16,685 nucleotides of DNA, taken from NCBI GenBank assembly GCA_013166835.1, contig JABLTI010000060.1, forward strand, positions 1-16,685. The letters run 5' to 3'. Source of the stretch: Promethearchaeati archaeon. GTDB taxonomy: Archaea; Asgardarchaeota; Heimdallarchaeia; JABLTI01. Below are positions 7,690 to 16,012 of the stretch, piece after piece (position 1 is the first letter of the stretch; each line of letters begins with the position of its first letter). The notes beneath the pieces were generated by a model that did no database searches, had not been told where the DNA came from, and saw nothing but the letters and a program-made list of their open reading frames with translations. The position numbers and the translations under genes were made by a program.

Positions 7690-8202
7690 GTGACAAAAAA
7701 CATTGAGTATCAATTCGAGTATGGTTGCCTTGGTGGTACATTTGATAGATTACATGGTGGACATAAACTTCTATTAGAAGTAGCATTTAAACTTGCTAAA
7801 AAAGTGCTAATCGGTATAACAACAGATAATTTTGCTAAAAAAGGGAAAGAAATTCCTGAACTTATTTGGAATTTTGAGAAACGTGCTAAAGATGTAACTG
7901 ATTTTCTCCACTCTCTTGGTGTTTCTGATAATCGCATTGATATCAAACCTCTTTCTCGAGCAACGCAATATGCAGATGAAATTCCAGAAATTGGAGTTAT
8001 TGTCCTTAGTCCAGAGACTTATGGCAGGTTATTGGAAATCAATGATGTCAGAAGGAAAAATGGTTTGGAGGAACTTATAGCAATCGCTATTCCTTATCAT
8101 AGAGATGAAAGTGGCAGGATTGTAAGCTCAAAAACCTTCAGAGAACTCGAGGTAAAACTCGAACAACAAAAGAAGCAGAAAGATGATGATGCTTCTTTAT
8201 AG
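7690..8202 (+). CDS. coaD: Phosphopantetheine adenylyltransferase, archaeal type (cytidylyltransferase superfamily), GTG start
   Basis: It carries the nucleotidyltransferase signature GGTFDRLHGGH. At 170 aa it is colinear with my recalled Pyrococcus abyssi PPAT (VVVGGTFDRLHLGHKALL..., IVVSEETY...). A GAGG element lies about 8 nt upstream of the GTG. Confidence 0.8.
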   Translation: MTKNIEYQFEYGCLGGTFDRLHGGHKLLLEVAFKLAKKVLIGITTDNFAKKGKEIPELIWNFEKRAKDVTDFLHSLGVSDNRIDIKPLSRATQYADEIPEIGVIVLSPETYGRLLEINDVRRKNGLEELIAIAIPYHRDESGRIVSSKTFRELEVKLEQQKKQKDDDASL

Positions 8203-8215
8203 GTTTTCTATTCCA

Positions 8216-10936
8216 CTAAAAGAAATCATCTAAAGAACGAATACCTATTATTTTATCAAAAGAAATTCCTATAGGATCAAGTACTTGGGTTAATGTTGAA
8301 TCCATTTGTGCTAAATATTTGTCAGTATCAATCTCACTTACTTCTGCGAGTTCTATAGGTTTAACGCCCTCTGATCCTTTTGTCTTAACATAAGAAATGA
8401 GATCACCTGCACCTAATTCAACACCTTTTTTCTCAACTAATAATCTAGCGGCTTTCACATGTTGAGGTGTTGTTTTCACATATTGATCTAAATTCTTGTT
8501 TAACTGCACTCGGAATTGCAATTCCACAATCGATAATTGACGTTTCTTTAGTTTGGAATAAATATCTTGAACAATATCTTCGATACGGTTCTTTGCTGAA
8601 TCTATGTCATCTTCTGATTTTATTTCACTGAGAATTCCAACGATACTATTAAAGAGATTTTTCAAAAATGGAGGAGTGTTTCTTTTCTTACCAAGGAGTC
8701 CTTTTACATCTACGTTGCCATCGTGATAAACTCCCAGGTAGTTTTTCTTTCGGTCTGAAAGAGCTAGATATCTGTATGTTTTATCTACATCGAGATCAAT
8801 TTTTAGCTCCTCATCACTCCATTTAATTAGTTCTTTTATTTGCTCTTGCTTCGGATTCTTTAGGAAAACGGAATCTGTATCCCCATAGATTACTGATACA
8901 CCCATTTCATTACATTTTTCTATTGTCTTTGTGATTGCTTCACGACCAATAGCTGTAGTAGCTTCTGCTAGTGGGGGGCAATAAAATGGAAAATGAGAAG
9001 CTCCAAATACCCCGTAAGAAGCGTTAATTACGACTTTAAGAGCTGATTGGATTACTTCATAGAAATTCCTTGTAGGTTGATCAAGAGACGTATCCTTTGT
9101 TTTAGGTTTAAACCACGAAACTCGAATATCTCTAATGAATCCAACTAAAATTGACATTAATCCTGCATTTTTTGTGCAAACCCAGTGCTCTGTATCTGGA
9201 ATTAGTTTCTTATTTTTACATTCTGCATGGGTGCAATTCATAGTTTCATATGATAAATTCCAAATCTTAATGATAGTTGGGTACAGACTTGCAAAGTCTA
9301 ATACTGTTACCTCAAAATGAATTCCGGGATCTGGATTTACAACTATTGCTCCTTTGTATTTTTTACCTTTTATCATTGCATCTGTTGTTGAATCCCCTCG
9401 AGACCCTATGATTTCTTCAGGTCGAGGAATCAAGTATGCTCTTCTTCGATGCTCAGCAAAAAGCCAATTCCTAACCCAACTTGAAACTGATTGCCTAGTA
9501 ATATCTTCAATAGTCATTCCAGTTAAACGCATTAAAAGTATAATAAGTCGCATTGTTACTGAATCATTAAATGTTGTTAGTTCGAGGGTTAATTTACTAT
9601 CAATGAAATTGTATTCAGCAAGTGTATAACAATCTAAAAAGCCGATTTCTTTTTCTAAAGTAATTTTATTACTCCCAAGTAAAGCACTACTTACTGCGTT
9701 CAAGGAGCTTTCACTATATTTGGAACCAAAAGCGTAAACCTTTATTGCTGCTTGATTAAAGAACCGATAAGCATCTAAATGAATTGAATTTCTTATTTTA
9801 CAGCTGTCTCGCACTACTAAAATTGGGTTTTCTTTTCGATTTATCTTTAATAATTCAGCTCTGTTAAAGAGATATGGTAAATCATAATTGTCACCATTGT
9901 AGGTTATGATTATTGGATAGGTTTGCATTAGTTTGAAAGTTTCACGAATCAGTTCTACTTCATCATCAAAGAATTGAATTTCAACATCCTCTGATAAATT
10001 CTTAGAACGAGTTCCCATTGGAACATCAGCTCTTTTCAAAGTGAAGACTTTTTTCAAACCATCATTTCCGGCAAAAGCTACAGAGATGACCTTCTCATTT
10101 GCTTTCTTTGGATCTACTAAATGAGTCATATCTGGAGTATAAACTTCAATATCAATTGCTGCTCGTTTTATATGAGGAATTCTTGTTAATAGCAGAGGAA
10201 GATATTGGGGAATTAATTCTGTAACTTCTTTTGGAGAATCTTTAAAGAGTTCAAGAATTTGTTTTTCAACCACTTTTTCGATTTTTGGAAAAGCCGGTTC
10301 TAAATTTCCCTCTTTAATTTGATAATACATGCCCGGAACCAATAACCGGTCATAGAGATAATTTTGATGATATCTAATATTTGCTTCCCACGCTGCAGGT
10401 AGTTTATCTCTTAGACTGTCAAAACCACCAGCAATAGCAAGGGGATCTGTTACACTTATTTTCGTCATTTGGATGTCTTTATCAGTCAACAGATTTCTAA
10501 GTTTGAGGGATTCATAACCAGTTATTTTTGAAAAATTCTTAATAGGGGAAATTTGTTTTAACTCAGTTTCCGATAAATCTGAAAGGCAATAGGGTTTATG
10601 GTTTGTGTTATCATACCAACCATATAATTTGTTTGAATGCTCATCAAGTAAATAGAGAAAAGCTTTCCCACTTTTCCCATCGTATACAGATTGTAAAAGA
10701 CATAGTGGGGGAGTATTTATTGGGCAATGTTCTACTGGTGCTCCTTCAAAGATTACATCCTCGTCTTCATCTTGTGTTTTATCGAATTCATCAATGACAT
10801 CATTATCATTTTCAGCAATTTGTGATGTTTCTGCAGCTGGTTTGGCACCTGTTTTTTCCTTCTCTGCTTTAGGTTTTTCTTTCTTCTCTTTCTCTTCGGG
10901 AAGGAAAGCATCTAAAGAGGACTGTTTTTTTGCCAT
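8216..10936 (-). CDS. polB: Family B DNA polymerase with a lysine/glutamate-rich N-terminal extension
   Basis: Exonuclease motifs are present: AIDIEV (Exo I), YNGDNYDLPYL (Exo II) and YNFIDSKLTLEL (Exo III). Polymerase motifs are present: DFASLYPTII (A), KVVINASYGVFG (B) and YGDTDS (C). Motif spacing is contiguous, so no intein is apparent. Confidence 0.95.
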   Translation of the reverse strand: MAKKQSSLDAFLPEEKEKKEKPKAEKEKTGAKPAAETSQIAENDNDVIDEFDKTQDEDEDVIFEGAPVEHCPINTPPLCLLQSVYDGKSGKAFLYLLDEHSNKLYGWYDNTNHKPYCLSDLSETELKQISPIKNFSKITGYESLKLRNLLTDKDIQMTKISVTDPLAIAGGFDSLRDKLPAAWEANIRYHQNYLYDRLLVPGMYYQIKEGNLEPAFPKIEKVVEKQILELFKDSPKEVTELIPQYLPLLLTRIPHIKRAAIDIEVYTPDMTHLVDPKKANEKVISVAFAGNDGLKKVFTLKRADVPMGTRSKNLSEDVEIQFFDDEVELIRETFKLMQTYPIIITYNGDNYDLPYLFNRAELLKINRKENPILVVRDSCKIRNSIHLDAYRFFNQAAIKVYAFGSKYSESSLNAVSSALLGSNKITLEKEIGFLDCYTLAEYNFIDSKLTLELTTFNDSVTMRLIILLMRLTGMTIEDITRQSVSSWVRNWLFAEHRRRAYLIPRPEEIIGSRGDSTTDAMIKGKKYKGAIVVNPDPGIHFEVTVLDFASLYPTIIKIWNLSYETMNCTHAECKNKKLIPDTEHWVCTKNAGLMSILVGFIRDIRVSWFKPKTKDTSLDQPTRNFYEVIQSALKVVINASYGVFGASHFPFYCPPLAEATTAIGREAITKTIEKCNEMGVSVIYGDTDSVFLKNPKQEQIKELIKWSDEELKIDLDVDKTYRYLALSDRKKNYLGVYHDGNVDVKGLLGKKRNTPPFLKNLFNSIVGILSEIKSEDDIDSAKNRIEDIVQDIYSKLKKRQLSIVELQFRVQLNKNLDQYVKTTPQHVKAARLLVEKKGVELGAGDLISYVKTKGSEGVKPIELAEVSEIDTDKYLAQMDSTLTQVLDPIGISFDKIIGIRSLDDFF

Positions 10937-11143
10937 GCATTACCCTCAAATTCTTACAATATTCCACAATTCATCTTTATATGATTATTATCGGTATTTT
11001 TCGCTACATTTAGACTTGTTCATCGAACTATTAAGCTTTATTCTTAGCTAATTTTACTAATCAAAGTATTTCATTATATACTTATTAATCTCTTGAGAGT
11101 GTGGAGCTTTTATTATTTAATGCATACTCACTCTTGAGTTTTA

Positions 11144-11416
11144 ATGACTAGTAACAATTCGGATAATTCTGCTGTCGGATTTATTGTATTAATATCATTT
11201 GCAGTTCTTGCTCTAATACCTCTGGCAATAGGATTTGATAGTTTCGAAGAGTTATTTCGAGTTGGGAAAATAATTCTTATTGTGGTACTTGTTATTGCGG
11301 TAGTTGCTGGGGCTATCTTTGGTTACCTTTTCTATAAAAGAAAGATTGGAAAAAGAAATGCAAAGAAAGAAAAAAATTCAAATGAAAATTTGAATCAAAA
11401 AAACAAGGAAATATAA
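11144..11416 (+). CDS. Small membrane protein (two predicted TM helices, basic C-terminal tail), hypothetical. It may continue in the -1 frame to 11526.
   Basis: 90 aa. Hydrophobic stretches are GFIVLISFAVLALIPLAIGF and IILIVVLVIAVVAGAIFGYLF, followed by KRKIGKRNAKKEK. I recognised no homolog. Confidence 0.5.
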   Translation: MTSNNSDNSAVGFIVLISFAVLALIPLAIGFDSFEELFRVGKIILIVVLVIAVVAGAIFGYLFYKRKIGKRNAKKEKNSNENLNQKNKEI

Positions 11417-11569
11417 CAAAAATTCATGAAAAGAGAAATTCTGAAGAAATTAAGATCGTTGAACCAATATTTGAGGAAACAGATGAGCTAGTTGAAGAGC
11501 CACTAACTAAACCTTTGAAGAATTAGGTTTCGAATTCGAGATGGAGTTGGAGGAATCTTATTATTTCAG

Positions 11570-12646
11570 ATGAGGTTATTTAGGTTACTAGTTTCTTCGT
11601 TGGTGATAAAAATTAATGTCAAACAAAAAGAAATTTCTCATGGATTAATTCGGTTTTTCAAAGATACAAAACCAAAGATACTAAATACCAAAATACTAAA
11701 CTTGAATGAAATATCTGCGGGTTGGGAGACTGAGTTATATACTTTCGAAATGCAATTTTCTGAAAATGATGGAATTAAAAAGAAAAAGCTCGTTATTCGA
11801 ATGTATCCAGGGAATTCTGCTGAAAGAAAATTAACAAATGAATTCTTTATTTACAAAAATTTAAGCAAACAAAATTATCCTGTTCCAAAAATTCACTATA
11901 TATCAACTGAAAAGCAATATATTGGAAAGCCATTTCTTATTATGGACTGGATTCCAGGTGGTACTTTAGATCAGAAGTTAAGTTCTCAGCCCGAGGAAAC
12001 TTTTAGATTATTCTGTCAGCTTTTTGTTGATCTACATAAACTGGATTGGAAACCATTTCTTAAGAACCAAAATTTAGAAAAAAACTCTATATCACAAATT
12101 GATATTTATCTCGATTCACTTGAAAATAGAGTCAAACAGTTTGAATTAACAGAACTTGAACCAATTTTAATATGGTTGAGAGGTGAAAGAAATAGAATAG
12201 AAAACGAATATTTAGCTCTTGGACATTACGATTTTCATACATTTAATATACTTTTGAATGATAATGGAGAACCATTTGTAATTGATTGGCCTTCTGCGAA
12301 AGTAAATGATTTTCGCTTTGATTTAGGATGGACTTTAACTCTATATAGAGTTTATGGGAATCGTGAAAATAGAAATACTCTTTTTGAAACATATCAAGAA
12401 ATAGCAGGAAAGCAAATTGAACATATGGATTTCTTTGAGGTATCAGCGATACTACGTCGCCTTAGTGATATTCTTGGAACACTCAAATCTAGTGACGAAA
12501 GTACAGGATTACGTAACGGTGTTGCTCAAATGATCAAGGATAGTATTTCGCATGTGGAGAATCTTAATTCCTACCTTGAAGAATTGTCAAGTATTAGAAT
12601 ATTGAAAGTTGACGAGTTAATTGAAAATATAAAAAATAGTGATTAG
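11570..12646 (+). CDS. Phosphotransferase-family kinase (aminoglycoside phosphotransferase / choline-kinase-like fold); substrate unknown
   Basis: The Brenner-type catalytic motif is HYDFHTFNILL (HxDxxxxN). The downstream metal-binding segment is VIDWPSAKVNDFRFDLG. The N-lobe-like segment is ISAGWETELYTF...LVIRMYP. The start could be an internal in-frame GTG at 11603. Confidence 0.75.
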   Translation: MRLFRLLVSSLVIKINVKQKEISHGLIRFFKDTKPKILNTKILNLNEISAGWETELYTFEMQFSENDGIKKKKLVIRMYPGNSAERKLTNEFFIYKNLSKQNYPVPKIHYISTEKQYIGKPFLIMDWIPGGTLDQKLSSQPEETFRLFCQLFVDLHKLDWKPFLKNQNLEKNSISQIDIYLDSLENRVKQFELTELEPILIWLRGERNRIENEYLALGHYDFHTFNILLNDNGEPFVIDWPSAKVNDFRFDLGWTLTLYRVYGNRENRNTLFETYQEIAGKQIEHMDFFEVSAILRRLSDILGTLKSSDESTGLRNGVAQMIKDSISHVENLNSYLEELSSIRILKVDELIENIKNSD

Positions 12647-12718
12647 CTGAGCAATTCAACTAAGATTATGTTTTTAAATTTCGAAAGAGAGTAAGAAAGT
12701 TGCTTTCTTGGAAAAGAA

Positions 12719-12735
12719 CGAAAATATTATAAAGC
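12719..12735 (+). promoter_or_regulatory. Candidate archaeal BRE/TATA element for the tRNA-Asp gene
   Basis: CGAAAATATTATAAAGC lies about 35-50 nt upstream of the mature tRNA 5' end, which would imply a short leader removed by RNase P. The call rests on sequence pattern only. Confidence 0.3.
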
Positions 12736-12768
12736 AGAAACATTCGAAACAATCAGCAAATCTTTTTT

Positions 12769-12846
12769 GCCCTGATAGTGTAGTACGGCCTATCATCTTC
12801 GGCTGTCACCCGATGGACGCGGGTTCGAATCCCGCTCGGGGCGCCA
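12769..12846 (+). tRNA. tRNA-Asp (anticodon GUC), with genomically encoded 3' CCA
   Basis: Hand-folded cloverleaf. Acceptor stem GCCCTGA/TCGGGGC, discriminator G and CCA. D arm GTGT-AGTACGGCCTA-TCAT, as in archaeal tRNA-Asp. Anticodon stem TTCGG/CCGAT with loop CTGTCAC. T arm GCGGG-TTCGAAT-CCCGC. A TTTTTT tract follows. Confidence 0.9.
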
Positions 12847-12924
12847 TTTTTTCATTTTTATCTATAGATTATTTCGCATGTGTTTTTTCAAATTTAAAAC
12901 TGCTATCTTAAAATTTAAGAAATA

Positions 12925-13659
12925 CTAGATTTGCAATTTTCGTTGTAATTTTGTATTCTTCATTAATCTATAGTGTATATACAACAAGAATCCACCAATT
13001 ACAATTGTGGATGCTAGAACATATAGGGACCAACTTACACCAAATGATCCTCTGATATAACTTGTTACTATGAAATCAATCCCAAGGCAGATTAATCCAG
13101 TACCGAAGAGAATGAATGCTGCTATGTTCAGACCCTTATTTTTGATCTTTATGGATCCAATTATTACAAGTGCAGCAATGACAGCTACTACTGCTTCAAT
13201 GGGTAATCCTACTTGTAAGAACCAATTAATTTGTCCATCTTCAATTTTGTCAATCACAAGTAAGAATATTGCTGGTGGGAGAGTTTCACCAATATATAGA
13301 AGTGGTAGTATATTTGGGAACAGCAATGGTGCTGATATTACAAACCATGCTAGGATTAGAGATGATATTGGGTATAATGACCAAGTAACTGTTTTAGTAA
13401 CGATAAGATCAATGAAGAGAGTGATCAGTAAGGGAATTAATAATGTTACACTAACGACTTCCCATGCGAAGATTCTTTTTTGTTTTGTAGTTCTACCTAT
13501 TTTTTCTGTTTTAACTGCAGGTTCATCTGGATATTTCTTGACATAATCAGTTGGTTCTTCATCTGTTTGTTGGATAGATGTCCCACATAGTGGGCATTTT
13601 GTTTTGTGTGGTTCAACTTCTACCCCACATCTACTGCAGAAGGCTTTGTTTTCTGTCAA
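12925..13659 (-). CDS. Zinc-ribbon-containing polytopic membrane protein, hypothetical
   Basis: The N-terminal C4 ribbon is CSRCGVEVEPHKTKCPLCG. It is followed by a charged linker and about 5-6 hydrophobic helices. The start lies 13 nt downstream of the acyltransferase stop, on the same strand. Confidence 0.65.
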   Translation of the reverse strand: MTENKAFCSRCGVEVEPHKTKCPLCGTSIQQTDEEPTDYVKKYPDEPAVKTEKIGRTTKQKRIFAWEVVSVTLLIPLLITLFIDLIVTKTVTWSLYPISSLILAWFVISAPLLFPNILPLLYIGETLPPAIFLLVIDKIEDGQINWFLQVGLPIEAVVAVIAALVIIGSIKIKNKGLNIAAFILFGTGLICLGIDFIVTSYIRGSFGVSWSLYVLASTIVIGGFLLYIHYRLMKNTKLQRKLQI

Positions 13660-13672
13660 TTATTCACTACTC

Positions 13673-15013
13673 CTAATTTGTTTCAATTCTAACTTGAATT
13701 CCATCTTTTACTAGTTTTCTAAAGAACAATTTTTCTACATGGGCTTCCTTTATTATTCTTCCAAAATTAATGTAAAGATTCTCACCATAACTATTTACTG
13801 CGCATCCTGTTTTTGTTACCGGACTTTGTGCGGAGAGGAATTGTATGTTCTCAACTTCTTTATTTAATGGTTCTGGTAATGATACTTTGCCGAGATTTGT
13901 GATTACTCCTGAATACAAGAATTCTCCTTGACCATTATAAATTATTTTTCCGAATAATCTTTTTATGAACAATGGTGTTAAACGAATTAATGGATGCAAT
14001 TCCCCTCTTACATTCCTTGCTATTTGTTGACTTATGTACCTATCAGAAACTTCTACTCGCATATAATGGTAAACTTGTTTCAATATTTCATCAAAAGAAA
14101 AGTGTCCTAATCTAGGATCAATAGATGGTGTTACATATAGGGAAAAATTTCTCATGGTTTTTGAGGGGAAGAATCTTCGTAGATTTACTGGAACCTGTAA
14201 TCGAATTGGCTTAAGTAGTCTCTTTTGTTTTCTTAATGGTAAACTGAACAATATATCTTGTAATGCTTCTAGATAAACAGCAACTAAATATTCAGTTAAT
14301 GTTGCATTCAATTCTTTTGATTTATTGAGTGCTTGTTTAATTGGCATAACGCCTATTGTTAGGTGAAAAACCCCTTTTGGTTCTAATTTGTATGGTATGT
14401 GAAAAGCTTTAGAAACTCTAGGTGGTCCAGGTAAATTTTTTTGATAATTTTTTTTGAATGCATCCTCATATTCCTCATAATGAGGTTCTTGGTTAGATCT
14501 GAAGATATCTTGCCAATCATTCACTACTAAGCCAGTTAAATTAAGATACTCCCCAACAAGCGATTTTAGAAAGATTAACGCACCAGTTCCATCCGTAATA
14601 CTATGGTGAAATTCAACAGAAATTCGATTGTAATATGCTCTAACTCGAAAAGGAAATATGCTTTTTTTTCTTATAGGCATTTCTTGACAGGGATATTTTG
14701 TTTCTTCAATGACAACTGGTATACCAGGATTTGTTTCCCAATACGACCAAAAAAGACCATTTCTTAGATTTACTTTGTAATATGGAAATCTATCTATTAT
14801 ATTTTCGAGCGCTTGCTGCAAAATTGCTGCATTTATTGGTTTTTTTAGATTAGCAAATATTCTAAACATACATGGTATCCTTGCTGATGTAACGAAGGAA
14901 AATACTGTTGCCGCATTATCTAATCTAAACCAATCTTCTTTGGGTGCTTTTTGTATATGGTTTTGATTTGACTTCTCATCTGTTTTTTTTATTTGAAAAT
15001 TACTAGAATTCAT
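13673..15013 (-). CDS. HHxxxDG-motif acyltransferase (condensation-domain / CAT / alcohol-acetyltransferase / WS-DGAT-like superfamily)
   Basis: 446 aa. The catalytic signature FHHSITDGTG is at aa 135-144 (HHSITDG = nt 14588-14608). The N-terminal WFRLDNAATVF...ILQQALENIIDRFPYYKVNL resembles bacterial proteins annotated as alcohol acetyltransferase or condensation-domain proteins. Confidence 0.7.
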   Translation of the reverse strand: MNSSNFQIKKTDEKSNQNHIQKAPKEDWFRLDNAATVFSFVTSARIPCMFRIFANLKKPINAAILQQALENIIDRFPYYKVNLRNGLFWSYWETNPGIPVVIEETKYPCQEMPIRKKSIFPFRVRAYYNRISVEFHHSITDGTGALIFLKSLVGEYLNLTGLVVNDWQDIFRSNQEPHYEEYEDAFKKNYQKNLPGPPRVSKAFHIPYKLEPKGVFHLTIGVMPIKQALNKSKELNATLTEYLVAVYLEALQDILFSLPLRKQKRLLKPIRLQVPVNLRRFFPSKTMRNFSLYVTPSIDPRLGHFSFDEILKQVYHYMRVEVSDRYISQQIARNVRGELHPLIRLTPLFIKRLFGKIIYNGQGEFLYSGVITNLGKVSLPEPLNKEVENIQFLSAQSPVTKTGCAVNSYGENLYINFGRIIKEAHVEKLFFRKLVKDGIQVRIETN

Positions 15014-15123
15014 TGAATTGCATCCATTGCGTCTACAAATTTCTTACAACCAAGGAAAATAAGTTAATGCTATAATTAGTAGGTATCCATCCTACCCAAA
15101 CAATTAGTAAAAGGAAAAAATGT

Positions 15124-15963
15124 CTATTTTGTAAGAGTGTCTTTTATTAGCTTTAGTACAGCTGAAGTTGAAGAATAGAAATTAATCTTTTCTCGTAATC
15201 GTGTTTCAAAAGAAGTCATTTTAGTAATTGGAATAAATTCTATGTTTTTGTAATAGACATCATATAATACTAGACCATCAGGTGGTACTGGTTTTATCCC
15301 GCCTTTTGGTTGGGAGGAAGGAGGATTTAATATTTCATCAATAATTTCAGGAGGATATTTCCCTGCCCCTATATCTAAAATAACAGAGACCATTTTTCTT
15401 ACTTGATTCCAAAGAAAACTTCTAGAAGAGAATTCAAATTCCAATAAATTGTTTTGCAAATTAAATTTAGCAGTTTCTAGGGTCAACACAGTAGATTTGG
15501 GGCTTCCATCAAGTAATCCATCTGGTTTTTTACACAGCTTAGCAAAATCATGAGTTCCTTTTAATTTCTTCATTGCTTTTGTCATCAGTTTAAGATCTTC
15601 ATTAAAGTAATAATGATATAAGCGATATGTTCGCAAGAGTGCATCTCTTCGTGGATGGAAATTTTCTTTTACCTCTGCTTTAGCCCAGGCATAAATATCT
15701 TTTGGAAAAATATCGTTAATTTCTTCTAGATATATTTCATCCTTTAATGAATCGAAGGCAATTACTTGGCTTATTGCATTAACTCCTTTATCGGTTCGTC
15801 CTGCAGCTGAATATCTGGATTCAGAAACATTGTTTATAATTTCTAATTCTGTTAATGTATCAAGTATTGTTCCTTCAACGGTTTTTATTGATTCCGTTTG
15901 TCTTTGAAATCCTTGGTACTCTTTTCCAATGTATGCAATTTTAATTGCAAATCGTACAGGCAT
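15124..15963 (-). CDS. truA: tRNA pseudouridine synthase A (positions 38-40), TruA/Pus1 family
   Basis: The N-terminus FAIKIAYIGKEYQGFQRQ and the catalytic-Asp motif AAGRTDKGVNA are present, along with FLWNQVRKMV. At 279 aa it is typical of the family. Confidence 0.9.
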   Translation of the reverse strand: MPVRFAIKIAYIGKEYQGFQRQTESIKTVEGTILDTLTELEIINNVSESRYSAAGRTDKGVNAISQVIAFDSLKDEIYLEEINDIFPKDIYAWAKAEVKENFHPRRDALLRTYRLYHYYFNEDLKLMTKAMKKLKGTHDFAKLCKKPDGLLDGSPKSTVLTLETAKFNLQNNLLEFEFSSRSFLWNQVRKMVSVILDIGAGKYPPEIIDEILNPPSSQPKGGIKPVPPDGLVLYDVYYKNIEFIPITKMTSFETRLREKINFYSSTSAVLKLIKDTLTK

Positions 15964-16012
15964 AATTGTTATCTTTCCCTTGAAACCGTTTATTATTTCA
16001 AATTAAAAAGAA

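Noticed and set aside
7225-7946. ORFs 7225-7422 (-), 7506-7706 (+) and 7710-7946 (-)
   Set aside because: The first and third are antisense to the membrane-protein and PPAT genes. The second spans the 3' end of the membrane gene and the T-rich intergenic spacer, and its translation looks like junk (FFSFIFDFSCFQF).
8216-10936. Intein or mobile insertion in PolB
   Set aside because: The Exo I-III and Pol A-C motifs occur in normal order and spacing. There are no Cys/Ser-...-HN splice-junction blocks or homing-endonuclease motifs.
9135-11051. Plus-strand ORFs 9135-9320, 9354-9629, 10603-10797 and 10794-11051
   Set aside because: They are antisense to polB or run into its upstream spacer, and they have no motifs. 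PolB motif continuity accounts for the whole interval.
12708-12911. 67-aa plus-strand ORF
   Set aside because: It reads straight through the tRNA-Asp gene. The segment PMDAGSNPARG is the tRNA T-arm translated.
13070-13546. 158-aa plus-strand ORF
   Set aside because: It is antisense to the zinc-ribbon membrane protein. The minus-strand ORF is preferred because it has a C4 ribbon, coherent TM helices and operon-like spacing.
15079-15095. Small hairpin GTAGG-N7-CCTAC between truA and the acyltransferase gene
   Set aside because: It has only a 5-bp stem. It may contribute to truA termination together with the adjacent T-run, but it is too weak to call as a feature or ncRNA.
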